The notes under the pieces were generated by a model. That model had not been told where the DNA came from. It was given only the letters and a program-made list of their open reading frames with translations, and ran no database searches. 64,000 nucleotides of DNA, taken from contig JAJPIU010000203.1 of NCBI GenBank assembly GCA_021324535.1, positions 5,366 to 69,365 on the forward strand, written 5' to 3'. This document shows positions 26,526 to 35,349 of the stretch, one piece after another. The stretch comes from Pseudomonadota bacterium. Its GTDB lineage: Bacteria; Chloroflexota; Ktedonobacteria; Ktedonobacterales; JADMIN01. Positions within the stretch are counted from its first letter, which is position 1. Every line of letters starts with the position of its first letter. A program made the translations under genes and the position numbers.

Positions 26526-28222
26526 CGCCACCCGACAAGACCAGCCTCAACCTCAATCACCACCAGCCTGGCTGCCCTCTTGCCATCCGCGACGAAACAC
26601 TCTCCTCCCTGCGCGACAATACGCTGAGCGCCCGTGCGACTACACGCCTGCGCACACATATCGCCGAATGCGCGGCCTGCCAGCGTCGCCTGGCGCAGTT
26701 CGACGCCACCACAGACCTCTTGCGCGGCCAGCGTGAGCTTGAGCCAGGGAACCGCATCCTAGCGGGGGTGCGCGCCCGCGCAGAGCAACTTGCCGCACAA
26801 CCACAACAAAGCCATCGAAGCCATCGAAGCCATCGAAGCCATCGGCTGGCGCGACAGGAGAACACACGAAAGAACACCCAAGAGGCCACAAGCAGGAGGT
26901 CAGGCATGTCTGTGACGAGCGATGAGACGACAAGACTTGTCCCCCATCTACAACTCAAGCCCCCAACGCACAGAGGGCGCATCTGGGGCAGCCTGGGCGC
27001 GGTAGCTGCTATTGCGGCCATCGTGTTGCTGTTTGTGGTCATCTTTCATGGGCTAGGCGGGCAAGTTTCAGGCAAAAGTTCTGCAACCCATAGCAAGACA
27101 GCGACAGCGACCACCTTCCCGACAGAGACGCCTGTGGCGACAGAGACACCACCAACCGCTTGGGGAACCGGCGCTATTGTCGCGACAGTGGATACACGAA
27201 TAGACAGCAGACATGTCTTCGAGGCAATTACTGTCACCGCCGACGGAACCGGACTACTAGGATACATGCTCACGTTAAAAGCTGATGGCGTTTCTCCATC
27301 TGATAAGGCGCCGGTAGGCATCCTCACCATCGCCACCCGCCAGTTTACACCAATTGGATTGAGCAACTATGTCAACTACCCGCCCATCTGTTGCAGCGAT
27401 GATGGGCGCTTCCTGACGGCCGTGGACAACGCGGCCCCAGGGGAAACATGCGGCATTTGCAATACGCAGGTGTGGGTGTATGACCGCGAGACGAAGAAGA
27501 TTCACCTGCTCTTCACAGGAGGAGGCATCATCGGCAATCCAGACTTTGAGCCGACAAATGATGGTGGCTACATTGCCGTGGCGCACAGGGGATTTATGCT
27601 TGCCAATCTGGCTACCGATAGCCTGACATCGCCTATTACCTTTCCGGCAGGCTATGACTACGATCCCATGTCCTATAGCTGGCCGTATCTGGCGTATGCA
27701 AAAGTCAATAGCGCATCAACGACTGTTTATGTACACAATCTGGCGACCGGACAGGAGACAGCATCTTCTGCGCTCACACAGCTCTATACCGTCTCGCAGA
27801 TCAACCCTTCGCATCCCACGCTCTCTTTTGGAGAACTGGCTATCGTAGGGACGACAGCATATGCTACGGTTTTGAATACACAGGATGGTGTACTTACCCT
27901 CTATGAGGCTGACAACTTCACCAATAGCGCATCGCAGGCGCGTGTGATTGCGAAACTTAGCGCTGTGACCCAGATGATCGGCGCAAACGACCGTGTCGTG
28001 GCCTTCGCTGAGGGGGTGTGGGATTTGGCGCAGCATCGCTTCATTCGTGGGCCGGTTCCAGGAAGCGGAGGGAATGTTTCGCATGGTGGACAGGTCAATC
28101 CAATTGGCCTCACAGGAAAATACCTCATCTTTATTCAACCCACGGGCGCCATCCCTTCCAACGACGTCCCTAATTATTATGAGCATGTGACCGTTTACGA
28201 TACCTCACGCCTGCCTGTGTGA
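26522..28222 (+). CDS. Anti-sigma factor (zf-HC2) with TM segment and large extracytoplasmic domain
   Basis: ATGA overlap with the sigma gene, the HIAECAACQRRL zinc-finger anti-sigma motif, one TM segment (WGSLGAVAAIAAIVLLFVVIF), and a ~370-aa external domain. Contains SHRSHRSHRSHR from a 4 x 9-bp repeat. Confidence 0.75.
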   Translation: MTPPDKTSLNLNHHQPGCPLAIRDETLSSLRDNTLSARATTRLRTHIAECAACQRRLAQFDATTDLLRGQRELEPGNRILAGVRARAEQLAAQPQQSHRSHRSHRSHRLARQENTRKNTQEATSRRSGMSVTSDETTRLVPHLQLKPPTHRGRIWGSLGAVAAIAAIVLLFVVIFHGLGGQVSGKSSATHSKTATATTFPTETPVATETPPTAWGTGAIVATVDTRIDSRHVFEAITVTADGTGLLGYMLTLKADGVSPSDKAPVGILTIATRQFTPIGLSNYVNYPPICCSDDGRFLTAVDNAAPGETCGICNTQVWVYDRETKKIHLLFTGGGIIGNPDFEPTNDGGYIAVAHRGFMLANLATDSLTSPITFPAGYDYDPMSYSWPYLAYAKVNSASTTVYVHNLATGQETASSALTQLYTVSQINPSHPTLSFGELAIVGTTAYATVLNTQDGVLTLYEADNFTNSASQARVIAKLSAVTQMIGANDRVVAFAEGVWDLAQHRFIRGPVPGSGGNVSHGGQVNPIGLTGKYLIFIQPTGAIPSNDVPNYYEHVTVYDTSRLPV

Positions 28223-28333
28223 CGAGAGGGATAAATACAGGGAGGCACATGAGCGAGTGGGCGCATTCATGCGCCCACACAATATGGCATAATATGCTGG
28301 AAACCGCCCTCTATCACGAAAGGCGTCCAAGCA

Positions 28334-29680
28334 ATGCCTATACTGCAACAATTTGGTTCCCTAACGCGTCGCAGGCTCTACTACTCCGTCGCGGAAGATG
28401 GGCCACTGGCTCCTCCGGCTGAAGCGGAAAAAGACGCAGCGACTACAACGGCTGCGCCATCCGAAACCGATCCCCAGGCACAGGCGCAATCGCCGCAAGT
28501 GGCCACCGCGCCAGCCGAGGTGGACGAGGCACGCCAGGAGCTTGCCCGCCACTATGCGCGCCAACGCCAGATGCTTAGCCTGATCAACCTGGGGATCAGC
28601 GCCGTCGTGATCGTCGTGCTGCTCTTCACAGGACTCAACTTCGCGCTGCGTGATGCGCTGGGCGGCGTCTCGGCGTGGTCGCCGGTGTGGGGCTGGCAGC
28701 CGCTCAAGATCACGGCGTACTTTGGCGTGCTCTTTGCGGTCTCGTTTGTGCTGGGGCTGCCACTTGGCTTCTACGGCGGCTATACGTTGCCGCGCCGCTA
28801 CGGCCTTTCTACACAATCGCTGCACGGCTGGCTGATCGATCAGGTCAAAGAGCTGGCGCTCTCGCTCGCCTTCGAAGTGGTGGCCGTCGAGGCGCTCTAC
28901 GCCCTGCTGGCCGCCGCACCGCTGACGTGGTGGCTGTGGGCGGGCGGACTGGCGCTGTTAGTGACGGTTGTGCTGGCGAACCTGGCGCCTATCCTCATCT
29001 TGCCTCTGTTCTATAAGCTGACGCCGCTGCCGGAGGGCGACGTGCGTGAGCGGTTGCTTGCGCTGGCGCACCAGGCGCGTACCCGCGTGCGTGGCGCCTA
29101 CTCGATGAACATGAGCGCGCGCACTACGGCGGCAAACGCAATGGTGATGGGCCTCGGTAATACGCGCCGCATTGTACTTGGCGATACGCTGTTGGATCGC
29201 TACACGCCCGACGAGATCGAGGTGGTGGTGGCGCACGAGCTAGGCCATCAGGTTCACCGTGACATCCCCAAACTGATCGCTGTGCAAACCATTGTCATGC
29301 TGGGCGGCCTGTATGTGGTGAACGTGGCGCTGCATACGGTGGTGAGCAGAGTTCCAGGCTATCATGGCTTGAACGACAGCGCGACGATGCCACTGATCGC
29401 CGCCGCGCTTGGCGTATTCGGATTAGTCACATTGCCACTGGTCAATGGCTTCAGCCGGTGGGTGGAGCATCAGGCGGATGTCTATGCGCTGGAATCCACC
29501 GGCAAAGCCGATGCCTTCATCGGCGCGATGACACGGCTGGCCAACCAGAACCTCAGCGAACTGAACCCCTCGTCCATCGTCGAGTTTTTGCTCTACAATC
29601 ACCCGTCCATCGGCAAGCGGCTCGCCTATGCGCGCAGGTACGCGAAAGCGCATCATCAGGAGGACGCACAACAACTATGA
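28334..29680 (+). CDS. M48 family (Ste24/HtpX-like) membrane zinc metalloprotease
   Basis: VVAHELGHQVHRD (HExxH), several TM segments, and a length and N-terminal domain typical of Ste24-like M48A enzymes. Confidence 0.85.
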   Translation: MPILQQFGSLTRRRLYYSVAEDGPLAPPAEAEKDAATTTAAPSETDPQAQAQSPQVATAPAEVDEARQELARHYARQRQMLSLINLGISAVVIVVLLFTGLNFALRDALGGVSAWSPVWGWQPLKITAYFGVLFAVSFVLGLPLGFYGGYTLPRRYGLSTQSLHGWLIDQVKELALSLAFEVVAVEALYALLAAAPLTWWLWAGGLALLVTVVLANLAPILILPLFYKLTPLPEGDVRERLLALAHQARTRVRGAYSMNMSARTTAANAMVMGLGNTRRIVLGDTLLDRYTPDEIEVVVAHELGHQVHRDIPKLIAVQTIVMLGGLYVVNVALHTVVSRVPGYHGLNDSATMPLIAAALGVFGLVTLPLVNGFSRWVEHQADVYALESTGKADAFIGAMTRLANQNLSELNPSSIVEFLLYNHPSIGKRLAYARRYAKAHHQEDAQQL

Positions 29681-30363
29681 CAGATATGATAGTGACACAA
29701 TGGACAAACCTGCCTCTGGAACAGCCCTGTGCCGACGAGGTTCCCGGCCTTGTGCAGCGTTACGGTGAGCCACTGGCTATCCGCGCCAATGGCTGCGATG
29801 AGTTCCTGCGCACAGTGAATATGAGCGACCGCCCCGCCGAGGTTTGTATGGTGGTGCGCCGCCCCAACGGAAAATTGATCACCTCGACCAAGGCGTTTTA
29901 TCCGTCGGAGACCTATCGCTTGCCCACTGGCGGCATTCACCCCGGCGAATCCCTCTACGATGGGCTACTGCGCGAGACGCATGAGGAGACCAGCCTGACG
30001 GTCGCCGTGCGCCGCTTCCTGGGCATTGTGCGCTATGGCGCCGCCGATGCTCCCCCTGATCCGGCGGTGGGACACGCCAGCCTGCAACACGACGGGCTGT
30101 ATGTCTTCACCACCTATGCCTTCCTGCTGGATGAACTTGGCGGCGACCTGCATATGACCGATCCCAATGAGATGGTAACAGGCTATCGCGAGGTCACTCT
30201 CTCCGAATTACCGGCCCTGGCCGAGCATCTCGAGACGCTGGGTGATCAAGTCGCACGGAACACTACAGAACCTGCTGATGTCGTGGCGACCTGGCGCGTC
30301 TGGGGCGCCTTCCGCGCAGTGGCGCACCGGATTGTCTACAATGCGCTAACACAGACGGGTTAG
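29677..30363 (+). CDS. NUDIX hydrolase
   Basis: Nudix box GGIHPGESLYDGLLRETHEETSL. The ATG at 29677 overlaps the M48 stop (ATGA). The track ORF 29458.. is an upstream extension in the same frame. Confidence 0.8.
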   Translation: MTDMIVTQWTNLPLEQPCADEVPGLVQRYGEPLAIRANGCDEFLRTVNMSDRPAEVCMVVRRPNGKLITSTKAFYPSETYRLPTGGIHPGESLYDGLLRETHEETSLTVAVRRFLGIVRYGAADAPPDPAVGHASLQHDGLYVFTTYAFLLDELGGDLHMTDPNEMVTGYREVTLSELPALAEHLETLGDQVARNTTEPADVVATWRVWGAFRAVAHRIVYNALTQTG

Positions 30364-30370
30364 TTAGTGA

Positions 30371-31465
30371 TCATAGCTGCTCCCAGGCGCTCGTGCGCCA
30401 GGCGTCCACCTCATCCTCCGCAGGCAGCCACGGCGGCAGGGGCATCAGCAGGCGGTGCGAGAGCGCATGCACATATGGCTCATAGAGCGCCCGCATCTCT
30501 CTGAGATGTTTTTCGGCGGCTGGCCCCTCGCGCAGTGGCGCGCCCACCTCGGCGAGCGCCTGAGCGAGCTTTGCAAAATCCTCGGAGGAGAGCCGCTCGT
30601 GGCAATGTTTGCTCGGCGGCGTGTTAGCGATCTGACTGAGGTCAACAGCAGCGTGCCGGGCCATCGCAAACGCCAGTTGCGCCGCCTTGGGCGATACACC
30701 CTCTATCCCCACCTTGACCAGCGCGCTGGCATCGAGGATGGTGGTCAACGCGGCCAGCCACGACTGATTCTCGTGCTGCGACCGAAAATAGCCAAGCGAC
30801 GGATACGACAGGTGCGACTCCATCAGTTCGGCGGCCCATTGCTCCCAGGCGCCCAGCAGCTTCACCAGTTCATCGCTGCCATAGTCTCGCATATGCCTGC
30901 GAATCAGTTCGACGGCGCTTGGCGGCGAGCCAGCGCGCGCATCGAGCAGAGAGATATTCACCTCGCGGCGAGAAAACGCCTGATAGAGGACGGGCAGGTA
31001 GCCAATCACCACGGCCAGCGTGCCAAAGCCGATGCCCGCCTCAACGACGGTCAGGATACGCGCAGGCATGGAAAGAGGAATCACGTCGCCCAGGCCCAGG
31101 GTGAAAAATGTCGTGCCGCTCATGTACAAGTCAAGGCCAAATGACGGCGCATGGCCGTTTGGTGTAGCTAGCGCCGAGCCAAACGCCCACTGCAACAGAG
31201 CGAACCCGATGATGAGGCCCGTCGCCCAGATAAACAACAGGAAGAACAACGCAAGCGGCCCGTAAAAACTCAGAAACGTTTCACGCCGTCCATTGTGATG
31301 AAGCCGCCGCCCAACAGCAGACCACGGAGTCCAGGTGAGGCGGTATACCCAGTTGGTCAGGCGATAGCGCCTAGCCACACGGCGTGGTAACACGGTTGTT
31401 TCAAAAGCATCGCGCAGGATCGCCAGGATCAAAACACTTGCCAGCGCTCCACCGATTATTGACAT
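30371..31465 (-). CDS. Potassium-channel family protein (2-TM pore domain plus cytoplasmic domain)
   Basis: Pore-helix/selectivity-filter-like sequence SGTTFFTLGLGDVIP between two TM helices. The start at 31465 is preferred because GGAGGAGG lies 8 nt upstream; the ORF is open to 31519. Confidence 0.7.
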   Translation of the reverse strand: MSIIGGALASVLILAILRDAFETTVLPRRVARRYRLTNWVYRLTWTPWSAVGRRLHHNGRRETFLSFYGPLALFFLLFIWATGLIIGFALLQWAFGSALATPNGHAPSFGLDLYMSGTTFFTLGLGDVIPLSMPARILTVVEAGIGFGTLAVVIGYLPVLYQAFSRREVNISLLDARAGSPPSAVELIRRHMRDYGSDELVKLLGAWEQWAAELMESHLSYPSLGYFRSQHENQSWLAALTTILDASALVKVGIEGVSPKAAQLAFAMARHAAVDLSQIANTPPSKHCHERLSSEDFAKLAQALAEVGAPLREGPAAEKHLREMRALYEPYVHALSHRLLMPLPPWLPAEDEVDAWRTSAWEQL

Positions 31466-31502
31466 GACGGCGCCCTCCTCCACTCCGCTGTTCTGTGCGC
31501 CT

Positions 31503-32066
31503 TCATGCTGATTTGACACGATGCGCCCAGGCGACCAGCGACTCGACGATCAGCTTCACCCGCTCGCGGAGCGCCTGATCAGTCAGATTACCCTGCGCGT
31601 CAAAATATAGCTCGTTACGCAAGACCATCAGCTCAGGCTTGCCCATCACATAGGACTCAGTGAAGACGAATATCTGCCGCCAGTTCAACTGGGCGCGCAC
31701 CGTGCCAAATTGCCCCCCTGCGCCCATAAGGGCAATCGGCATGTACCGTAAGGGTGAATCGGCGACGGGGCGCGACACCCAGTCAATGGCGTTCTTCAGG
31801 ACACCCGTCACCGAGTAGTTGTATTCGGGTGTGGCCAGCAGAAGCGCGTCAGCCGTGCGGAGATGGTTCTTAAACGCGCGCACCGGCTCTGGCCCACCAT
31901 CAATGTTGTCATCCTCATTATACAACGGCAGTCGCGATATATCCGCAATCTCGATACTGACGCCCGGCGGAGCGACCTCCTGGGCAGCGCGTAGCAATCC
32001 GGTATTCGTCGAACCCCTGCGCAGGCTGCCCGAAATTCCAACGATGCGAAACGGCGTATCGCTCAT
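31503..32066 (-). CDS. NADPH-dependent FMN reductase
   Basis: MSDTPFRIVGISGSLRRGSTNTGLLRAA ... LLLATPEYNYSVTGVLKNAIDWVSR is the flavodoxin-like FMN_red signature. CAGGAGA SD upstream of the ATG at 32066. Confidence 0.85.
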   Translation of the reverse strand: MSDTPFRIVGISGSLRRGSTNTGLLRAAQEVAPPGVSIEIADISRLPLYNEDDNIDGGPEPVRAFKNHLRTADALLLATPEYNYSVTGVLKNAIDWVSRPVADSPLRYMPIALMGAGGQFGTVRAQLNWRQIFVFTESYVMGKPELMVLRNELYFDAQGNLTDQALRERVKLIVESLVAWAHRVKSA

Positions 32067-32273
32067 GTGTGTCTCCTGTATGTTTGTGTTTTCCCGTTGT
32101 TTAGCCCACAGCCCTGCCTCTGAAGGGCGAAAGCCGGTATGATCTTGACGCTCCCAGCCAACATGCGCTATGACTGCATGTGTGCTACTATAAAATCTAA
32201 AGTATTGTGGCAAGAGCCTCCGGAGGCGCATGGCTTGTCACTTATCGCATCAGAGAAAGGGAAGGAAGCGGCA

Positions 32274-32750
32274 ATGAACGAACAGGCAAAGAAAGAGGCG
32301 CTCCGTCTCTTCACTTATGGATTATATGCGATTTCCAGTGGAGATGAAGCAGAGAAAAATGCGTTTACAGCAAACTGGCTGAGTCAAGTCAGTTTTGATC
32401 CGCCACTCGTGGCGCTTTCCATCGAGCGTACATCAGCCTCGTTGCCCATTATTCGCCGGACGAAACGCTTTGTCATCAATGTGTTTGGAGAAGAGCAGCG
32501 CCAGCTTGCCGGACAGTTGGGAAAGTCATTGGTCAAGCATCCCGATAAGCTGGAAGGTGTCGCCTTTGGCGCTACGCCGGACGGGTCTCCGATTCTTCCA
32601 GAAACCCTTGCCTGGGTAGCATGTGAGGTAGAGAGTGAAACATCGGCGGGCGATAGCATCCTTCTGCTTGCGCGTGTCGTGGATGCGGGCGTGCTTCGAC
32701 AAGGTGAATCCCTGACGATGAGGGCAGCAGGATTCAAACATGCGGGCTAG
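32274..32750 (+). CDS. Flavin reductase-like (FMN-binding split-barrel) protein
   Basis: FTYGLYAISSGDEAEKNAFTANWLSQVSFDPPLVALSIE matches the flavin reductase domain pattern. GGAAGGAAG SD upstream. Confidence 0.85.
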   Translation: MNEQAKKEALRLFTYGLYAISSGDEAEKNAFTANWLSQVSFDPPLVALSIERTSASLPIIRRTKRFVINVFGEEQRQLAGQLGKSLVKHPDKLEGVAFGATPDGSPILPETLAWVACEVESETSAGDSILLLARVVDAGVLRQGESLTMRAAGFKHAG

Positions 32751-32814
32751 CGTAACGACATTTTAGGAGAAACAAACTAAAGAAAGCGCAGCGGAAGCAC
32801 ATTTTTATCTGCGC

Positions 32815-32928
32815 ATGAGCTATGATCTGTGCATTAAAATGTACGGCGCCCGCCCCAAATGCGCTTGTTCGGAAGAATTGGACAAGTGTAGCACATGCAA
32901 AATACGCCAGATATGCAAAAATTGTTGA
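32815..32928 (+). CDS. Candidate Cys-rich micro-ORF (37 aa), unverified
   Basis: My own translation: MSYDLCIKMYGARPKCACSEELDKCSTCKIRQICKNC, with 7 Cys including CxC and two CxxC. It is below the 60-aa track cutoff. There is no adjacent SD, and it is AT-rich relative to the genome. Confidence 0.25.
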   Translation: MSYDLCIKMYGARPKCACSEELDKCSTCKIRQICKNC

Positions 32929-33210
32929 AGTTCACTCTGTTCTTGGTCGCATAGGGCAGTAGGCGTCAGCAGAGAGTTTCCTCCCACGCGCTTTACCTTT
33001 GCGTAAGGGGAACACTTACGCAAAAAGCACAAGGCTGCTATACCATTTCTTAGAGGAGCGCAGGTAGCAGGTGGTCATCATAGAAGCAGTAACCTGTGAT
33101 GTGATTGAAGGTGATTGTGGCAGCTATTGGCTATTGGTACCCCTGTCAAGTGGTAAGACATCAAGAGAATGCCGGTTTCATGATAATCATGAATAATTAG
33201 AACTCGCCTC

Positions 33211-33239
33211 TTGACGATTGGTAAAGTATCATCTACAAT
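33211..33239 (+). promoter_or_regulatory. Near-consensus sigma-70 promoter (TTGACG - 17 nt - TACAAT)
   Basis: Read directly. It lies about 210 nt upstream of the XRE-TPR gene start and directly upstream of the structured element 33271..33398. Confidence 0.6.
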
Positions 33240-33270
33240 AGAATAGTCGTTTGAAGGTTGTCTAAAGAAT

Positions 33271-33398
33271 AGGAACATCCATTGCATCTCACCAGTGTTC
33301 AGTTTGGCGCAACAACGGTGAGAAAGACGCATGCGATAACCCCTCCCCGGTGGGAGGGGTTAGTCGTCGCGCATGCTATTTCAATGGAATGTGTTCCT
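33271..33398 (+). ncRNA. Candidate structured leader / cis-regulatory RNA (closing helix plus two hairpins)
   Basis: Closing helix: 33271-33284 (AGGAACATCCATTG) pairs with 33382-33398 (CAATGGA-atg-TGTTCCT), 14 bp with a 3-nt bulge. Hairpin 1: TCTCACC/GGTGAGA (33287-33293 / 33317-33323). Hairpin 2: GCATGCG/CGCATGC (33329-33335 / 33370-33376) extended by a perfect 11-bp TAACCCCTCCC/GGGAGGGGTTA stem with a CGGT loop. Confidence 0.45.
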
Positions 33399-33447
33399 TA
33401 ATTAGTTGAAACGTGAAAGTCGACAACTTTCTATTGGGAGGGCAAAA

Positions 33448-34935
33448 GTGACGAATAGAGTCGCTGACGGTGGGGAGAAGGCCTCCACCGAAACCAGAGA
33501 GCAAGCAGGCGCAGAAGCAGCAAATGTGGACACTGCGTCTGAGGCGCCTCAAACAACTGAGATCCGCAATGCAATTTCCGAACAGATGACGCCAGCTCAG
33601 CGTCTTGGCATGCGGTTGCGTCAGGCGCGATTGAGACGCAACATGACTCAATCTGAAGTCGCGCAAAAACAATTCTCAGTGTCCTACATCTCAGCAGTAG
33701 AAAGAGGACAGATTCGCCCCTCGCTTGGCGCCCTCGAGCGCCTGGCCGAGCGTTTGGAAGTTCCTCTTGCTGAGCTTATGCAGGATCGAGAATCAAGCTC
33801 ATTTGGCTTTGTCGAGCGGAGTGGTCGTGAAGGGTATGGCTACGGGGATCGCGCGCGTGAGGATGTAGAGGGCAAGCTGAGGGAAGCCATGCTGATGATC
33901 TACACCCGCCGCTTCTCTGACGCCATTGCGCTTCTCACCAGTCTGACGAACCGGACGCTTGCGTTACACGATCAGGTGTTGCTCCGCTGGCGGCTTGCCA
34001 TTTGCTACACTGAGATCGAGCAAGGGGACGACGCACGACGTGAGGCGCAGGAAGGGCTTGTCCTGGCGGAGCGCGTGGGCGATGTGGAACTGCGTGAGCA
34101 TCTGCGTAATGCGCTCGGCAACGCGCTCTTTGTCATGCGCAAATATCAGGCTGCGCTCGACCAATGGCGCTCCTGCCAGGACGCCATCGAGCAGGGGTTG
34201 ATCAAAGACCCCATTTTTGCCCTGAACGTTCTGTTCAATATTGGTTCAGTCTACTGGGCATTGGGCGATACCGGCTCAGCGATGAACTACCTGGTCAAGG
34301 CGACCGAGAGCGCCGAGGAGGCGACGCATCCTGAGCGGCTTGCCGAGAAGTATCGTGTCCTGAGCGAGACCGCCGCCAGCCAGAATGATACCGCTCACGC
34401 GCGGTTCTATGGCCAGCGCAGCATTGCCGCCTACGAGGAGGCTGCCACGCTCAAACTCTCAGGTCGCATCTACAATCTGAGAGGGCGCGCGTATGCGGAA
34501 GAAGGCAAGACTGCGGAAGCGTTGAACTACCTGCGCTCCGCGCTTCAGCTTGCCGAGGAGCAACAGGACGTGCGCGGCGCTATCGAGGCGCAACGCGGCC
34601 TGGCTTCGATCTCGATTGGACATGGCAAGATTGAGGATGCGATTCGGGCCATCAACGATGCCCTGAGCCGCGCCGACACCATTGGCGATCCTGTCCAAAA
34701 GGCAGAGTCCTTGCTTGTGCTGGCGCAGACACAGGAAGCGCGCAAAGAGTATGGCGAAGCCGAGCGCAGCTTCGATCAGGCTATCCAGTTGCTCAGCGCT
34801 GAACAGGCGTCGCAGCGGCTGAGCGACGCCTATGCACAGTTCTCGTCCTTCCTCGAGCGGCGTGGCCAGAGCAAACGCGCTCTGGAACTGCTCAAGCAGG
34901 CGTGGAAGCTGCGCGACGGCATCGCAGTGAGCTAA
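33448..34935 (+). CDS. XRE-family HTH transcriptional regulator with C-terminal TPR domain
   Basis: HTH_XRE: LGMRLRQARLRRNMTQSEVAQKQFSVSYISAVERGQIRPSLGALERLAERLEVPLAELM. About 380 aa of TPR-like repeats follow. GTG start with GGGAGGG 5 nt upstream; the track ORF starts at 33406. Confidence 0.85.
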   Translation: MTNRVADGGEKASTETREQAGAEAANVDTASEAPQTTEIRNAISEQMTPAQRLGMRLRQARLRRNMTQSEVAQKQFSVSYISAVERGQIRPSLGALERLAERLEVPLAELMQDRESSSFGFVERSGREGYGYGDRAREDVEGKLREAMLMIYTRRFSDAIALLTSLTNRTLALHDQVLLRWRLAICYTEIEQGDDARREAQEGLVLAERVGDVELREHLRNALGNALFVMRKYQAALDQWRSCQDAIEQGLIKDPIFALNVLFNIGSVYWALGDTGSAMNYLVKATESAEEATHPERLAEKYRVLSETAASQNDTAHARFYGQRSIAAYEEAATLKLSGRIYNLRGRAYAEEGKTAEALNYLRSALQLAEEQQDVRGAIEAQRGLASISIGHGKIEDAIRAINDALSRADTIGDPVQKAESLLVLAQTQEARKEYGEAERSFDQAIQLLSAEQASQRLSDAYAQFSSFLERRGQSKRALELLKQAWKLRDGIAVS

Positions 34936-35257
34936 CCATACCAAACAGACCAGGACAACCTTCGCTGCGTTTTCTGCCAAAGGCAGGAGAAGCAGTAGAG
35001 CGCGAAAGGCGAAAAAACACGCCTTCACTTTCCTCCCAGTCAGACAACTATCAAATGCTGGCGCAATAACTGAGGGAACGACGACCTCTCGGAGATGCGC
35101 CAGCTGTTGTGCGTTTTCCACTACTATGTATGTGTGAAACTCCGGTTGGGGCAGAGATATGGCGTGTTTGTGTTGTCCGCCAGCGCCTTGAGCAAGCCTG
35201 ACGAACTTCACATCCCAAGCGCGCAAAGGACGCGACAAATGCAACTGCGCTGTTGTG

Positions 35258-35293
35258 GGCGCATGCGTACATCAACGCATGCGCCTGTTTTTT
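35258..35293 (+). terminator. Strong rho-independent terminator
   Basis: 11-bp perfect stem GGCGCATGCGT/ACGCATGCGCC with a 6-nt loop, followed by TGTTTTTT. It lies about 320 nt after the XRE-TPR stop with no convincing ORF in between. Confidence 0.8.
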
Positions 35294-35327
35294 GCTATCC
35301 AACGTTCTTTCCTGCTCTTCGCACCGC

Positions 35328-35349
35328 CACGTTATAATCACGTTATAAT
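35328..35349 (+). repeat. 2 x 11-bp perfect tandem duplication CACGTTATAAT, giving two consensus -10 boxes
   Basis: cacgttataatcacgttataat read directly, just upstream of the GT39-like gene region. Confidence 0.85.

Noticed and set aside
26810-26845. Short perfect tandem repeats considered as a possible CRISPR or other repeat-spacer array.
   Set aside because: The units are only 8-11 bp long, lie directly adjacent with no spacers, and sit in frame within coding sequence or in promoters. No 25-40 bp repeat interspersed with unique spacers occurs anywhere in the window, and there are no cas genes.
32820-33332. Minus-strand ORFs 32820..33032 (70 aa) and 33078..33332 (84 aa), and a 43-codon GTG ORF on the plus strand (about 33078-33206), all in the AT-rich islet.
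   Set aside because: They have no convincing SD, their sequences look odd, and they overlap dyad-symmetry elements and the predicted promoter. They are more likely chance ORFs in AT-rich non-coding DNA.
35095-35337. 80-aa ORF between the XRE-TPR gene and the GT39-like gene.
   Set aside because: It reads straight through the strong intrinsic terminator (35258-35293) and the duplicated -10 boxes, and its translation is Cys/Arg-rich junk.
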